A stretch of 52,663 nt of DNA from a virus (IMGVR_UViG_3300033144_002182:1-52663), one strand, 5' to 3'; positions 1 to 8,210 are shown, numbered from the stretch's first letter. Numbers and translations: made by a program. The notes: generated by a model from the letters alone, not told the origin.

Positions 1-266
1 GAGTAGGTGATAACATTCTTGATTGCCGAATGCACTATGCACGAAATTCCGCTATACTGTTCAACGTCAGTTCCCATTTGTGAGCATGACTGATAAACAC
101 TTACCGCCGCATCGCCGTTTTCATATACCACCCCGTATGTTGTGCATTCGTGTGGTTCGCTGGCGTTCATATCTTCTTTCATTATCCACCTGTTAGAAGA
201 CCAACTATCTTCCCAGTCGATTCTAACCAGTTGTCCTATTTCTAATTTCCAGCGTTGTTTACTCAT
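1..266 (-). CDS. Hypothetical phage protein; continues across the junction to a TAG at 52633-52635 if circular (98 aa, MSKQRWKLEIGQLVRIDWEDSW...APTTE)
   Basis: Manual translation from ATG at 266 is open to position 1 and stays in frame into the window end; absent from the ORF track. Confidence 0.7.
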   Translation of the reverse strand, partial: MSKQRWKLEIGQLVRIDWEDSWSSNRWIMKEDMNASEPHECTTYGVVYENGDAAVSVYQSCSQMGTDVEQYSGISCIVHSAIKNVITY

Positions 267-268
267 CG

Positions 269-583
269 TCATTGGGTTTTCAGTGTGAATGCGTCTCGCC
301 TGTTGTCAATGGCCGCGTATCCAAGCCGGATCATTTGACTGTAATTATCTTCGTGCGTGTTGACCATTCCTTCGATCTTATTATGGCCGCAGCAGCTTCC
401 GTATGTGGTTATTCCCTGTGCCCATAAGTAGTTTATTTCAGGCAGGATGCAGCGATCTATACAGATCATTCCTGAAAGACCAACAAGCATTCGCCGCTCT
501 TTGTACCCGCTCATGTGGGTCGGAATATCCACAGTCACCTGATTATCGTAACTGCCCATTTCTACATTCGCGCAATCACACAT
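269..583 (-). CDS. Cys-rich hypothetical phage protein (TxGSCCGH motif)
   Basis: ORF track; tightly packed in the minus-strand operon. Confidence 0.7.
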   Translation of the reverse strand: MCDCANVEMGSYDNQVTVDIPTHMSGYKERRMLVGLSGMICIDRCILPEINYLWAQGITTYGSCCGHNKIEGMVNTHEDNYSQMIRLGYAAIDNRRDAFTLKTQ

Positions 584-591
584 CGTCCCCT

Positions 592-837
592 CTATCCCGT
601 TTTGTTTGCTTCTAGGAAGGCGGCTATGTCTTTTTCTCTTTCCTCCTGCTCTCCCGCAGCCATTGCAACTCCAATAATGACTTCGTAGAAGCCCAAAAGA
701 ATCCCCGGCATGGCTTCCTCTACTAATTGGATACAGAAGTCGCGAACAATAGGCCCGTTTGCGTTGCCCATGCTCGGCGTAACGGTGCCTTCTTGCTTCA
801 TCTTCTCAATCAGCCTGTCTACTTTATTCATTGTCAC
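592..837 (-). CDS. Hypothetical protein
   Basis: ORF track; operon packing. Confidence 0.6.
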   Translation of the reverse strand: MTMNKVDRLIEKMKQEGTVTPSMGNANGPIVRDFCIQLVEEAMPGILLGFYEVIIGVAMAAGEQEEREKDIAAFLEANKTG

Positions 838-1063
838 TGAGGTATTCGTCGACCGTTTCCTGCCAGTAGTCGAGCCCGTGATCTTCTCCCTGATTGATTG
901 GCCGGAACCATTTTATGAACGTCTCGATTGTCTCTCGCTGGACATACGGTGCTGTATCGTCGAGCTTCTTAATGAATGTCCGGTAGTGTAAGTACCCCAG
1001 ACAATACCCGGCGAAAAGACCGATCGTACAGCTTACCAGAGCCACTATAATTGGGCTGACCAT
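824..1063 (-). CDS. Small membrane protein (N-terminal TM helix)
   Basis: Hydrophobic segment IIVALVSCTIGLFAGYCLGYL; abuts neighbouring genes. Confidence 0.6.
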   Translation of the reverse strand: MVSPIIVALVSCTIGLFAGYCLGYLHYRTFIKKLDDTAPYVQRETIETFIKWFRPINQGEDHGLDYWQETVDEYLSDNE

Positions 1064-1624
1064 TTACAATTCCCCCCTTTCGTCCATTGCTTCTTTGAAT
1101 AATTTCATGGCGTGTTCCGCCTTCGAGAAGGCTTCGTTTTGGCTGTCCAGTACGTTAGCCAGAGAAAGGATCTCGTCCGCCAGCCGCCTTAGTTGTGCCG
1201 CTACCGAGTGGTCGAGCGGGTCGCGCGGGTCGCGCTCCACGGGCAGATCAGGAACATGGACAACCTCGCCCACCGCTAGGGCATTGCCCAGTGATACAAC
1301 ATCAATCGTCCCGCCGAGCCCGTCCTGTATTGTTTCGGGCTTTTCCTCGAACCCTTTTGGCTTCTTGTCGAATCTTCCGTTTTTGAGCCACGTCTTGAAT
1401 CCGTCGTCGACATTCAGCGTGTCGTTTTCATAGTCGATAACTCCGCGCTGGATTGCCCCGTAGATCGTGCCCTCTCCTATCAAGAATCTTTCTGCCGCTG
1501 CCGGTACGTCCATTGCGCCGTAGGAATACTGGCTGAGTCGGTGCATCTGTCTCGCGGCCTTCCACTGGGGCGAGTAGGGCTTCATGTGAGCCCACGGCTC
1601 ACGCCCCTTCGTTGGGCTTTGCAT
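1064..1624 (-). CDS. Hypothetical protein, possible N-terminal HTH
   Basis: DVPAAAERFLIGEGTIYGAIQRG resembles an excisionase/MerR-type HTH; C-terminal coiled coil. Confidence 0.6.
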   Translation of the reverse strand: MQSPTKGREPWAHMKPYSPQWKAARQMHRLSQYSYGAMDVPAAAERFLIGEGTIYGAIQRGVIDYENDTLNVDDGFKTWLKNGRFDKKPKGFEEKPETIQDGLGGTIDVVSLGNALAVGEVVHVPDLPVERDPRDPLDHSVAAQLRRLADEILSLANVLDSQNEAFSKAEHAMKLFKEAMDERGEL

Positions 1625-1626
1625 GA

Positions 1627-1878
1627 TTACACCTCAATGCTTCCGGTGTACTCAAAATCAATGCTTTGATCCGTGCTATCGTTGGGGGTGGTTGTAGCCC
1701 GGAGGACGTATACCTCTTTCACCGTCCCGCCCAAGTACCGCTCTGCCGCTGGCTTGAAGGATTTCGCTAGTTGTTTCAGGTAGGCGGTGTCATATTCGTC
1801 GTCGAACGTGACCCGGATTGTGCCGGTTAGGAGTTTGTTGGTTTTCTGCCCGAAAAAGTCCAGTGCTGATCGTGCCAT
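1627..1878 (-). CDS. Hypothetical protein
   Basis: ORF track; starts with the ACGACAATG motif. Confidence 0.7.
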   Translation of the reverse strand: MARSALDFFGQKTNKLLTGTIRVTFDDEYDTAYLKQLAKSFKPAAERYLGGTVKEVYVLRATTTPNDSTDQSIDFEYTGSIEV

Positions 1879-1912
1879 TGTCGTTGCCTCTTTTGTTCAT
1901 TGTCGTAGTTGA

Positions 1913-1941
1913 AACTTAATCTAAGAAGTTGGTTTTGTCAA
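1913..1941 (-). promoter_or_regulatory. Sigma70-type promoter TTGACA-N17-TAAGTT
   Basis: -35 at 1936-1941, -10 at 1913-1918, 17-nt spacer, upstream of gene 1878. Confidence 0.6.
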
Positions 1942-2372
1942 ATTACTTGCTTCCGCCATGCTTCGATTTCTAGGCCCTCGCGGTCTTTCTGGCAATAGGC
2001 GTTGATACAGGCTATTGCCTCCATCGAGCCGTAACAGACCGTGGCGTAATAGCCGCACTTCCGCAGCCGTTCTAGCCACTGTTTCTGTGCTGCCGTTGAC
2101 CGCCCCCGCTGTTGTTTTAGGGCCGTGTTTCTCGGCCTCTTCATTTCGATAGCCAGCCCGTGATACCACACGCACCTTGCAAGCTCCACCGGGGCCAAGA
2201 CGAAGAAGTCTGGTACGCCGGCTTTTAGCCCCTCGTCTTTCATGTACTTGCCTTGTCTCGGTGTGCGCTTGAAGGCGTTAGGCACGGCGAAAAAGTTTTC
2301 CAGTTCAGGAAATCTCCACTCGTTCGCCGCGCACCAAATCTTCACCGCAACCTGTGCGGAATGTTCGCTCAT
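1938..2372 (-). CDS. VRR-NUC domain nuclease / Holliday junction resolvase-like
   Basis: SEH..Q, FAVPN, EGLKAGVPD, IEMK, Q..WL..L...GY motifs; start at 2372 overlaps the upstream stop (ATGA). Confidence 0.85.
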   Translation of the reverse strand: MSEHSAQVAVKIWCAANEWRFPELENFFAVPNAFKRTPRQGKYMKDEGLKAGVPDFFVLAPVELARCVWYHGLAIEMKRPRNTALKQQRGRSTAAQKQWLERLRKCGYYATVCYGSMEAIACINAYCQKDREGLEIEAWRKQVI

Positions 2373-2767
2373 GCTTGGGCCTCCGGTTTTTCGGGGTTCC
2401 CGCCGGTCGTGTCTGCTAGGGCGGCGTCTAATAAGTGCTGCGCCGTTTCCGACACGGGTGGTAATTCGCGTTTCAGCCACGCCTTAATATCCAGCAAAAC
2501 GCTCCGTAGAATCTGGTCTTTCAGCGTCTCATCGTAAGGAAGAAAGGCTATACTGAGCGTGAGCATTTTGCGGAAATCATATAGCCGCTCATAAAACTGC
2601 TTGTGGCCCGCCATGTTTTGCGGCGGCGGGTTTAGCTCTTGTGTTAGGATTCTGGCAAGCACCGCCTGAATAAACGGGAGCATCCCCTCCGTAAGGGCCT
2701 CTGTCATAACCTCGGTGGTTAGCCCTAGCCCCACGGCTTCTTCTAAATAATGGCTATCTACTAGCAT
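2369..2767 (-). CDS. Hypothetical protein
   Basis: ORF track with start trimmed to the ATG just after the Gp157 stop. Confidence 0.6.
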   Translation of the reverse strand: MLVDSHYLEEAVGLGLTTEVMTEALTEGMLPFIQAVLARILTQELNPPPQNMAGHKQFYERLYDFRKMLTLSIAFLPYDETLKDQILRSVLLDIKAWLKRELPPVSETAQHLLDAALADTTGGNPEKPEAQA

Positions 2768-2768
2768 A

Positions 2769-3278
2769 TCAATATACCCGTATATGCCCGTGCCTCGAAA
2801 TCCCGGCAATCTTTTGTGCCGCTCTCCGGGTACTGGCGTTGTCTGATTTGAGGGCGTCCGTTATCGCCTTCTTGTCTGCCGAGAATGCGATCTTCTTGAC
2901 CCGGAACCGCGATGGCAATTCCTCTTCCTTCACGTCAACGTGGACGCGCTCAGAGAATTGGAGCTTCACTTTCCCAAGAGGCGTTTCGATCTCCTGCACC
3001 TCTCGGAGCGACAGATGCTCGACCAGCCTAGCCTCCATTCTGGCTACGGCGTTTGTTGCTGCCCGAGCCTTTGCCGTCAGCCGGTCGGCCTCCTTCTTCG
3101 TGGCCTCGGCCTTTGCTTTCAGATTGGCCCGAACCATGATATAGCCCTTCATCTTCGATTCTTCGGCCACCATGAATTCGTCCAGCTTCTTTTCCGTTTC
3201 CTCGTCCAGTTCCCCTTCGGAATCCAAGAGGGCGTTTTGAAGCCCAAGCCATTCTTCTCCTAGTTCGTAAATGTTCAT
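2769..3278 (-). CDS. Siphovirus Gp157 family protein
   Basis: MNIYEL N-terminus, long coiled coil, C-terminal DKKAI..ALK motif. Confidence 0.85.
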   Translation of the reverse strand: MNIYELGEEWLGLQNALLDSEGELDEETEKKLDEFMVAEESKMKGYIMVRANLKAKAEATKKEADRLTAKARAATNAVARMEARLVEHLSLREVQEIETPLGKVKLQFSERVHVDVKEEELPSRFRVKKIAFSADKKAITDALKSDNASTRRAAQKIAGISRHGHIRVY

Positions 3279-3427
3279 TTCCTCGCCTCCATGCGTTTGA
3301 TATAAAAGTAACGGGCGAACCGCTCTGACCCGTGAGGGTAGCTCGATCCGCCCGTTGACGACAATGGAACACTCTTATCAGAGGTGCCATTTTTAAGATA
3401 GTCGGTATTCCTGATTGTAGCAATCAC
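3275..3427 (-). CDS. 50-aa hypothetical protein (MIATIRNTDYLK...RMEARK)
   Basis: Manual translation; GTG overlaps the dnaB stop (GTGA) and its TGA overlaps the Gp157 start (ATGA). Confidence 0.5.
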   Translation of the reverse strand: MIATIRNTDYLKNGTSDKSVPLSSTGGSSYPHGSERFARYFYIKRMEARK

Positions 3428-4815
3428 AATCCGCCTCTCGCTTCCGTGAAGTCTGCCGGTGTGCCGTAGGGCTCCGCTAATTTTGATAGCGTCGCGAACG
3501 TGCCGTGCCGCTTGTCGAACGACATATCAACCGTCCCCAGTGGGCCATTCCGCTGCTTAGAAAGAATAAACTCACAGACGCCTTCCAGAGAGTTCCCCGT
3601 TTCGTCGTACTTCATCCCGTAGTATTCAGGCCGGTAAAGGAACGCAACCAGATCCGCGTCCTGCTCGATACTTCCCGAGTCTCTGAGGTCAGAAAGGATC
3701 GGCCTTTTTTCGCCCCTCTTCTCAACTTCTCTCGACAACTGCGAAAGAGCCATGACTGGAATTTCCAGTTCTCTCGCCAGTGCTTTCAGGCTTCGGCTTA
3801 TGCTTGACACCTCCTGTTCGCGGTTGCTGTTCCTGTTCGATTCGCCCCGGATCAGTTGGAGATAGTCCACCACAACAAACGCCAAATCTTGTTCTGAATG
3901 CAGCCGCCGAACGCGGCTTCTCAGTTCCATCACGTTCATGGCCGGGTTGTCGTCGATAAAGATTGGAAGCTCTGATAGTTGGCCTTGCGCTCGAGCTATC
4001 CGAACCCATTCCTCCTGAGACATCCTTCCCGTCCGGGCCTTCTGAGAGTCGACTTTTGCCGCCGAGCAGATGAGTCTCAGGCTGATTTGCTGGACAGACA
4101 TTTCTAGTGAATAGAACCCTACCGCTTTACCAGACATTGATGCAGAGACGGCGCACCGGGCGGCGAATGCTGACTTGCCCATCGACGGACGTGCCGCCAG
4201 AATAATCAAATCACCGTTTTGCCAACCCGTCGTCATTTCGTCAATCTTGGATATGTGGGTCGGAATCCCCGTGACTCCACCTTCCGTATTGTGGATCTTT
4301 TCGAGCCATGCAGACAAGGCTTGCATCGCGCCAGATAGCGGCTTCGCTTTCCCCCGGCGTATACCAGAACCAATATCGTACAGGCGTTGCTCTGCCTTGT
4401 CCAGAATATCGAACGCGTCTGCCGCACCATCGAGGGCTTCCGAACGAACGGAGGTTGTCATTTCGACCACTTCTCTCAGAATCGCTTTCTCTTTGATGAT
4501 CGCGACGTATGCGCGGGTGTTCCCCGCTGTCGAGGTTCCCCGAATGGTTTCGGTCACTTCTGCCAAATAGCTTGCACCGCCAGCCTGTTTTAGGGTGCCC
4601 CGCTTCGAGAGTTTCTCCGAGACGGTTATCATATCCACCGGCTGACCGTCTGCTGTCAGTTCGAGTATTGATTGGTAGATCATGGCGTGGCGCGAATCGA
4701 ACAGGTCGTCCGGTCTTATCGTGTCCATTGCTGCCCAGATCGTTTCGCTTGAAATAAGCATAGATCCCAATACTGCTTTTTCGATCTGCTGGACGTGAGG
4801 GAGTGTTGTTTCCAT
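3424..4815 (-). CDS. dnaB: Replicative DNA helicase DnaB, full-length bacterial type
   Basis: Walker A AARPSMGKS, VVDYLQL, ALSQLSR, DLRDSGSIEQDAD, KQRNGP; N-terminal E.AVLG domain. Confidence 0.97.
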   Translation of the reverse strand: METTLPHVQQIEKAVLGSMLISSETIWAAMDTIRPDDLFDSRHAMIYQSILELTADGQPVDMITVSEKLSKRGTLKQAGGASYLAEVTETIRGTSTAGNTRAYVAIIKEKAILREVVEMTTSVRSEALDGAADAFDILDKAEQRLYDIGSGIRRGKAKPLSGAMQALSAWLEKIHNTEGGVTGIPTHISKIDEMTTGWQNGDLIILAARPSMGKSAFAARCAVSASMSGKAVGFYSLEMSVQQISLRLICSAAKVDSQKARTGRMSQEEWVRIARAQGQLSELPIFIDDNPAMNVMELRSRVRRLHSEQDLAFVVVDYLQLIRGESNRNSNREQEVSSISRSLKALARELEIPVMALSQLSREVEKRGEKRPILSDLRDSGSIEQDADLVAFLYRPEYYGMKYDETGNSLEGVCEFILSKQRNGPLGTVDMSFDKRHGTFATLSKLAEPYGTPADFTEARGGL

Positions 4816-4856
4816 GTGTCGTCATTTTGTTGGGCTTTTAGCCCCTTCCTCAACGG

Positions 4857-5001
4857 TGTTTTTATTTATTAAAAAGGTAAAGGAATAAGCGTTGTAGTAG
4901 TAGGTTTGTGGATAAATCCCTGTTTTCGGGCTAACCCCATGTAGGGGATCTTATTACCTATGGTACGGAACGGTGGATAAGTTGTTAATTAGTGTGGATA
5001 A
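4857..5001. other. oriC-like replication origin (DnaA boxes, DnaA-trios, AT-rich tract)
   Basis: Perfect TTATCCACA on the minus strand at 4907-4915 and 4993-5001, one-mismatch box at 4972-4980, TAG repeats at 4895-4903, AT tract at ~4859-4875. Confidence 0.8.
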
Positions 5002-5003
5002 GT

Positions 5004-5333
5004 TCACCTCCAGCCTTCCGCCATTTCGTCGGCTTCGTAACAGGTTTTTCTAAACCTTTCAACCTGTTCTGGTGATAGAACGAACCACTCCCGCCCAACG
5101 TGGTGCGCTCTGTAAAGACCGTGTAACATTTTTTCTACGCCCACGGGACGGCTTACGGTTACATCACAAACTAGGGTGACATCGCCGGGGCAGTGTGTTT
5201 TTATGTCACGCGCCCTCCTGTCAGGATTGCGGGAGATACCAACCTTATGAGCGATTACGCCACCGAACTCCATGACGATTAGGTAAACCCGAAAAGGCGC
5301 AACCTCTGGGCGAACACGTTTGATTTTTGTCAC
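5004..5333 (-). CDS. GIY-YIG / T5orf172-like nuclease domain protein
   Basis: VYLI...KVGIS..P..R, E..LH, GREWF motifs. Confidence 0.8.
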   Translation of the reverse strand: MTKIKRVRPEVAPFRVYLIVMEFGGVIAHKVGISRNPDRRARDIKTHCPGDVTLVCDVTVSRPVGVEKMLHGLYRAHHVGREWFVLSPEQVERFRKTCYEADEMAEGWR

Positions 5334-5626
5334 GGGTCTATTACGTCAATTCGGATCAAAGACGCCGCTGGATAGGCCATGCTCTCGAACAAAAAGAACC
5401 CTCCTTCGTGCGCAGCTTCGAGCATTTTCAAATAGGCGAACCCTGTCATGGCACCCAGATTGATCGTGATTAGATCGGGCACGATAACGGTCGGCTGACC
5501 GATCCCCTGTCGCTGCCAGCCCACGTCGCGGAATATGGCGTGATATACCCTCACATTCGGCGTCTCGGGATCCGGGGATTCGTACACATCCCCATCGAGT
5601 AAGGGGCTGTCTATTGCGTTTTTCAT
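5330..5626 (-). CDS. Hypothetical protein
   Basis: 4-nt overlaps with both neighbours. Confidence 0.65.
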   Translation of the reverse strand: MKNAIDSPLLDGDVYESPDPETPNVRVYHAIFRDVGWQRQGIGQPTVIVPDLITINLGAMTGFAYLKMLEAAHEGGFFLFESMAYPAASLIRIDVIDP

Positions 5627-5865
5627 TCGTCCACGTGTTTGAGGACTAGCCGGTATTCGGCTGTCCGGGTTTCCAGTTCCGTTATCGGAAAGTCTCCGAG
5701 TATGGAACGCCCTGCCAGATAGCCGCGAAGCGCAGCGTGGGCAAGGTGAATAATTTTCTGCTCGTCCTCCATTGTCTCAGCATCGTAATTCACCGGGACG
5801 TAGCCCGATGCCGTCGCGTGAGGGAATCCCTCGGGACTGACGTATGCAACTACCAATCGTCTCAT
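5623..5865 (-). CDS. Hypothetical protein
   Basis: ATGA overlaps on both sides. Confidence 0.65.
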   Translation of the reverse strand: MRRLVVAYVSPEGFPHATASGYVPVNYDAETMEDEQKIIHLAHAALRGYLAGRSILGDFPITELETRTAEYRLVLKHVDE

Positions 5866-6071
5866 ACCGCCACCTCCTCAAGTTTGCCGACTGACGTGTA
5901 TGTATAATTAACTGGATCGTCCGAAACTTCAGCCGCGACGCGGTCGCAACCCGTCCAGCGCATCCAAAGATTATAGCCGTATCGGTCGGCCTCATCTTCG
6001 GTCGCAAATCGAATTGCGTTGTAAGACGGTTTCACTTGGTTAGGAACGTATACCGCTACTTTATAGCTCAT
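5862..6071 (-). CDS. Hypothetical protein
   Basis: ATGA overlaps on both sides. Confidence 0.65.
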   Translation of the reverse strand: MSYKVAVYVPNQVKPSYNAIRFATEDEADRYGYNLWMRWTGCDRVAAEVSDDPVNYTYTSVGKLEEVAV

Positions 6072-6931
6072 GCCTCCACCTCTTCTTTTTCGGTCATTAA
6101 GAAATCAACCGCCGCCCGCGCTTGGCTTGCGGCCTTGAAGATATACTTCTTGTCGTTTTTGAGTGCGCCCAACCAGCCCTTGACGTATGCGCCGTGATTC
6201 TCGTCCATCGCATCCCCGACGATACCCAGTCTGGCGAGCATCATCGCCGCGCCGATCTCAGCTACCAATTCCTCAAAAGCGTATTTCGCTGTGTCCTTCG
6301 TCGTGATCGTTCGGCCCAGTCTCGGGGCTGTCCAGTGGATCAATTCGTGGCAGAGCGTCCCGGCGTACTCCAAATCGGAATCGAAGCTGGTCGTGGACGG
6401 CAAACTCACTACATCCGTATCGGGCCTGTAACAAGCGCGTCCGGGGTTGAGGGTAAGTGTAAGGTCGTGCCGGGAGCGGAGCGTATCGACTATGCTGGCG
6501 AGTTGTGGCGGCTCCTGAACACCGTTCTGGATGTCGATGTCCGTTTGCTCGATATTGAATACCCGGTAGTAGCGCAAAACCAGATACGTGTCGTCCGAAT
6601 TCTCGACTCCGTTCTTGCGCTCTTTCTCTTTCCAAGCCTCGCTTTTCGTGCTTTGCTTCCAAAACAGGATCATCGTTGACTTGCTGCCTTTCTTAACCGT
6701 GGCTTTCAGCTTCCGGGCCTGATTAAAAGTGAGCCAGTAATTCGATCCGAACTCGTGCTTCTCTCCTGAGAGCCAGCACTGTAAAACATTGATGCCGCTG
6801 TACGGCTTCTTGGTCGTGTAATTGGTCGGTGCCGCAGCCCAACCCTTCTTCCACGGAACGTCTTTGCCCGATTCCAAATGTTCTATCATCTGGTCGGTGA
6901 CGTGCTGATATATGTCGAAGTCTCGTGCCAT
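6068..6931 (-). CDS. ardC: ArdC-like antirestriction protein (ssDNA-binding domain plus zincin-like domain)
   Basis: PW.K.W, Y.GIN, W.TF.QA, V.KG.K, Y.VFN.EQ, HELIHWT, YAFEELVAE motifs. Confidence 0.92.
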   Translation of the reverse strand: MARDFDIYQHVTDQMIEHLESGKDVPWKKGWAAAPTNYTTKKPYSGINVLQCWLSGEKHEFGSNYWLTFNQARKLKATVKKGSKSTMILFWKQSTKSEAWKEKERKNGVENSDDTYLVLRYYRVFNIEQTDIDIQNGVQEPPQLASIVDTLRSRHDLTLTLNPGRACYRPDTDVVSLPSTTSFDSDLEYAGTLCHELIHWTAPRLGRTITTKDTAKYAFEELVAEIGAAMMLARLGIVGDAMDENHGAYVKGWLGALKNDKKYIFKAASQARAAVDFLMTEKEEVEA

Positions 6932-6944
6932 TGTCGTTTTGGTT

Positions 6945-6998
6945 TATCTGTTTTTTATCTGATCTCTATCTGTTTTTTGGCGTTTTATCTGTTTTTTT
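6945..6998. repeat. Intergenic TATCTG(TTTTTT) repeats upstream of ardC
   Basis: TATCTG at 6945, 6956, 6967 (11-bp period) and 6986; three copies extend to TATCTGTTTTTT. Confidence 0.7.
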
Positions 6999-7331
6999 CT
7001 AACAGTCGTTCGCTTTGCAGAAGGCATCTTCGAAGTCGTCGTCTGCTGCCTTGTTGATTTCAAACCGACTTCCGATTCCGATACCGGAAATGAGTGCTTG
7101 CATCCGTTCGTACAAACCGCGCTTCGTGTCGAGTGTCAGGACAATCGTGTCGCCCCGGTCTGTTTTCTGGTAGACACCCACGCTGCTGTATGCTGAGTAG
7201 ATGTAGAACGTACCGACATTCGTTACGTGCTTGTCACCGACGCGGGTGTAGGGCGCGTGAGCAAACCCGAACAAATCGTTCAGGTGGTTGCAAAGGTTTT
7301 CGAGATTGGAGTCTGTTATCCGCTGTGTCAT
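6999..7331 (-). CDS. Hypothetical protein
   Basis: ORF track. Confidence 0.7.
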   Translation of the reverse strand: MTQRITDSNLENLCNHLNDLFGFAHAPYTRVGDKHVTNVGTFYIYSAYSSVGVYQKTDRGDTIVLTLDTKRGLYERMQALISGIGIGSRFEINKAADDDFEDAFCKANDC

Positions 7332-7405
7332 TACAGGGCACCTAATAAAGTTTGAATGAATCGGAGTAGCGTGTAAGCCTGATCCGGTGTGAGTAAAAGT
7401 GTCAT
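7331..7405 (-). CDS. 24-aa hydrophobic microprotein (MTLLLTPDQAYTLLRFIQTLLGAL)
   Basis: ACGACAATG start motif; TAATG coupling to the next gene; first ORF after a promoter. Confidence 0.55.
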   Translation of the reverse strand: MTLLLTPDQAYTLLRFIQTLLGAL

Positions 7406-7440
7406 TGTCGTATAAGAGAGTTTCTTTGTCGTCTGGTAGT

Positions 7441-7513
7441 AATCTAGGGAATTACCAGAGGTTTGTCAAGTAAATTGACAGGAATAAGCAAAGAAATGTC
7501 AATTATTTTGACA
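7441..7513 (-). promoter_or_regulatory. Sigma70 promoter TTGACA-N17-TAGATT with two TGTCAA-N5-TTGACA palindromes
   Basis: -10 at 7441-7446, -35 at 7464-7469; palindromes at 7464-7480 and 7497-7513. Confidence 0.8.
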
Positions 7514-8197
7514 CTATTTCTCCAAAAGGGCCTCTAACCGCTGGATCATTGCCATAACCGTCGCATACGTGGGGCTGTTGTCCAGTATGTCGAGAGAGGA
7601 TGTTCGCTTCGCGTCGTCCAGTTCGCCTTTCTCGATTGTCTCGATAAGCAGGTCTTTGGCCGTGTCGATCAGGCCCGCAGACGCCGGGGCCTTCAAGTCG
7701 GGTTTCGGCTTGGGTTTTGGTTTCGAGGCGGTCTGCCGCTTTCTGCTCGCAGGCTGGATGTCTGACCGGGTTTCGTCGCCGTCAGCCGTGATCAGCATAA
7801 ATGCGAAAACAGCCGCGTACTTTTTGGCGTAGCTCATGGCCTTGCCAGAATGCTTGTCCTGTGCATCGAGCCCAGTGCCAATCGTTCGGATAATCTCGAA
7901 CTCTTCCGGCTTGTCGGCATTCGTGATCTTCGTCGCCATGTGGACCGTCACCATAAAGGCCGTGCCGCCAGAACTCGTGGTAACCTCGTGTTCCTCGTAG
8001 GACTCCACCGAGGGCAGGAGTGTAACGCCCCACTCTTGGCACAAGCCACTGATCGTATCAATCACCGCGTCGTGAGAGATTCCCTTGTAGCTGACATTCC
8101 CGAACCTGACCGCCGTGTCTTTAATGACCGGCCCCGCCGCCTTCGATATGGCAAGTAGCTTCTGGTGCAGATTCATCGTCGTTCGTTGTGTTTCCAT
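7514..8197 (-). CDS. erf: ERF-family single-strand annealing protein
   Basis: L.QKL, F..Y, G.G.D..DK..GKAMSYAKKYA motif. Confidence 0.85.
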   Translation of the reverse strand: METQRTTMNLHQKLLAISKAAGPVIKDTAVRFGNVSYKGISHDAVIDTISGLCQEWGVTLLPSVESYEEHEVTTSSGGTAFMVTVHMATKITNADKPEEFEIIRTIGTGLDAQDKHSGKAMSYAKKYAAVFAFMLITADGDETRSDIQPASRKRQTASKPKPKPKPDLKAPASAGLIDTAKDLLIETIEKGELDDAKRTSSLDILDNSPTYATVMAMIQRLEALLEK

Positions 8198-8210
8198 TGT
8201 CGTTCTCGTT

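Noticed and set aside
182-190. Isolated DnaA-box-like TTATCCACC
   Set aside because: Single mismatched copy inside a coding region, without trios or an AT tract
3358-3393. ACGACAATG on the plus strand
   Set aside because: Opens only a 10-codon antisense ORF; probably chance
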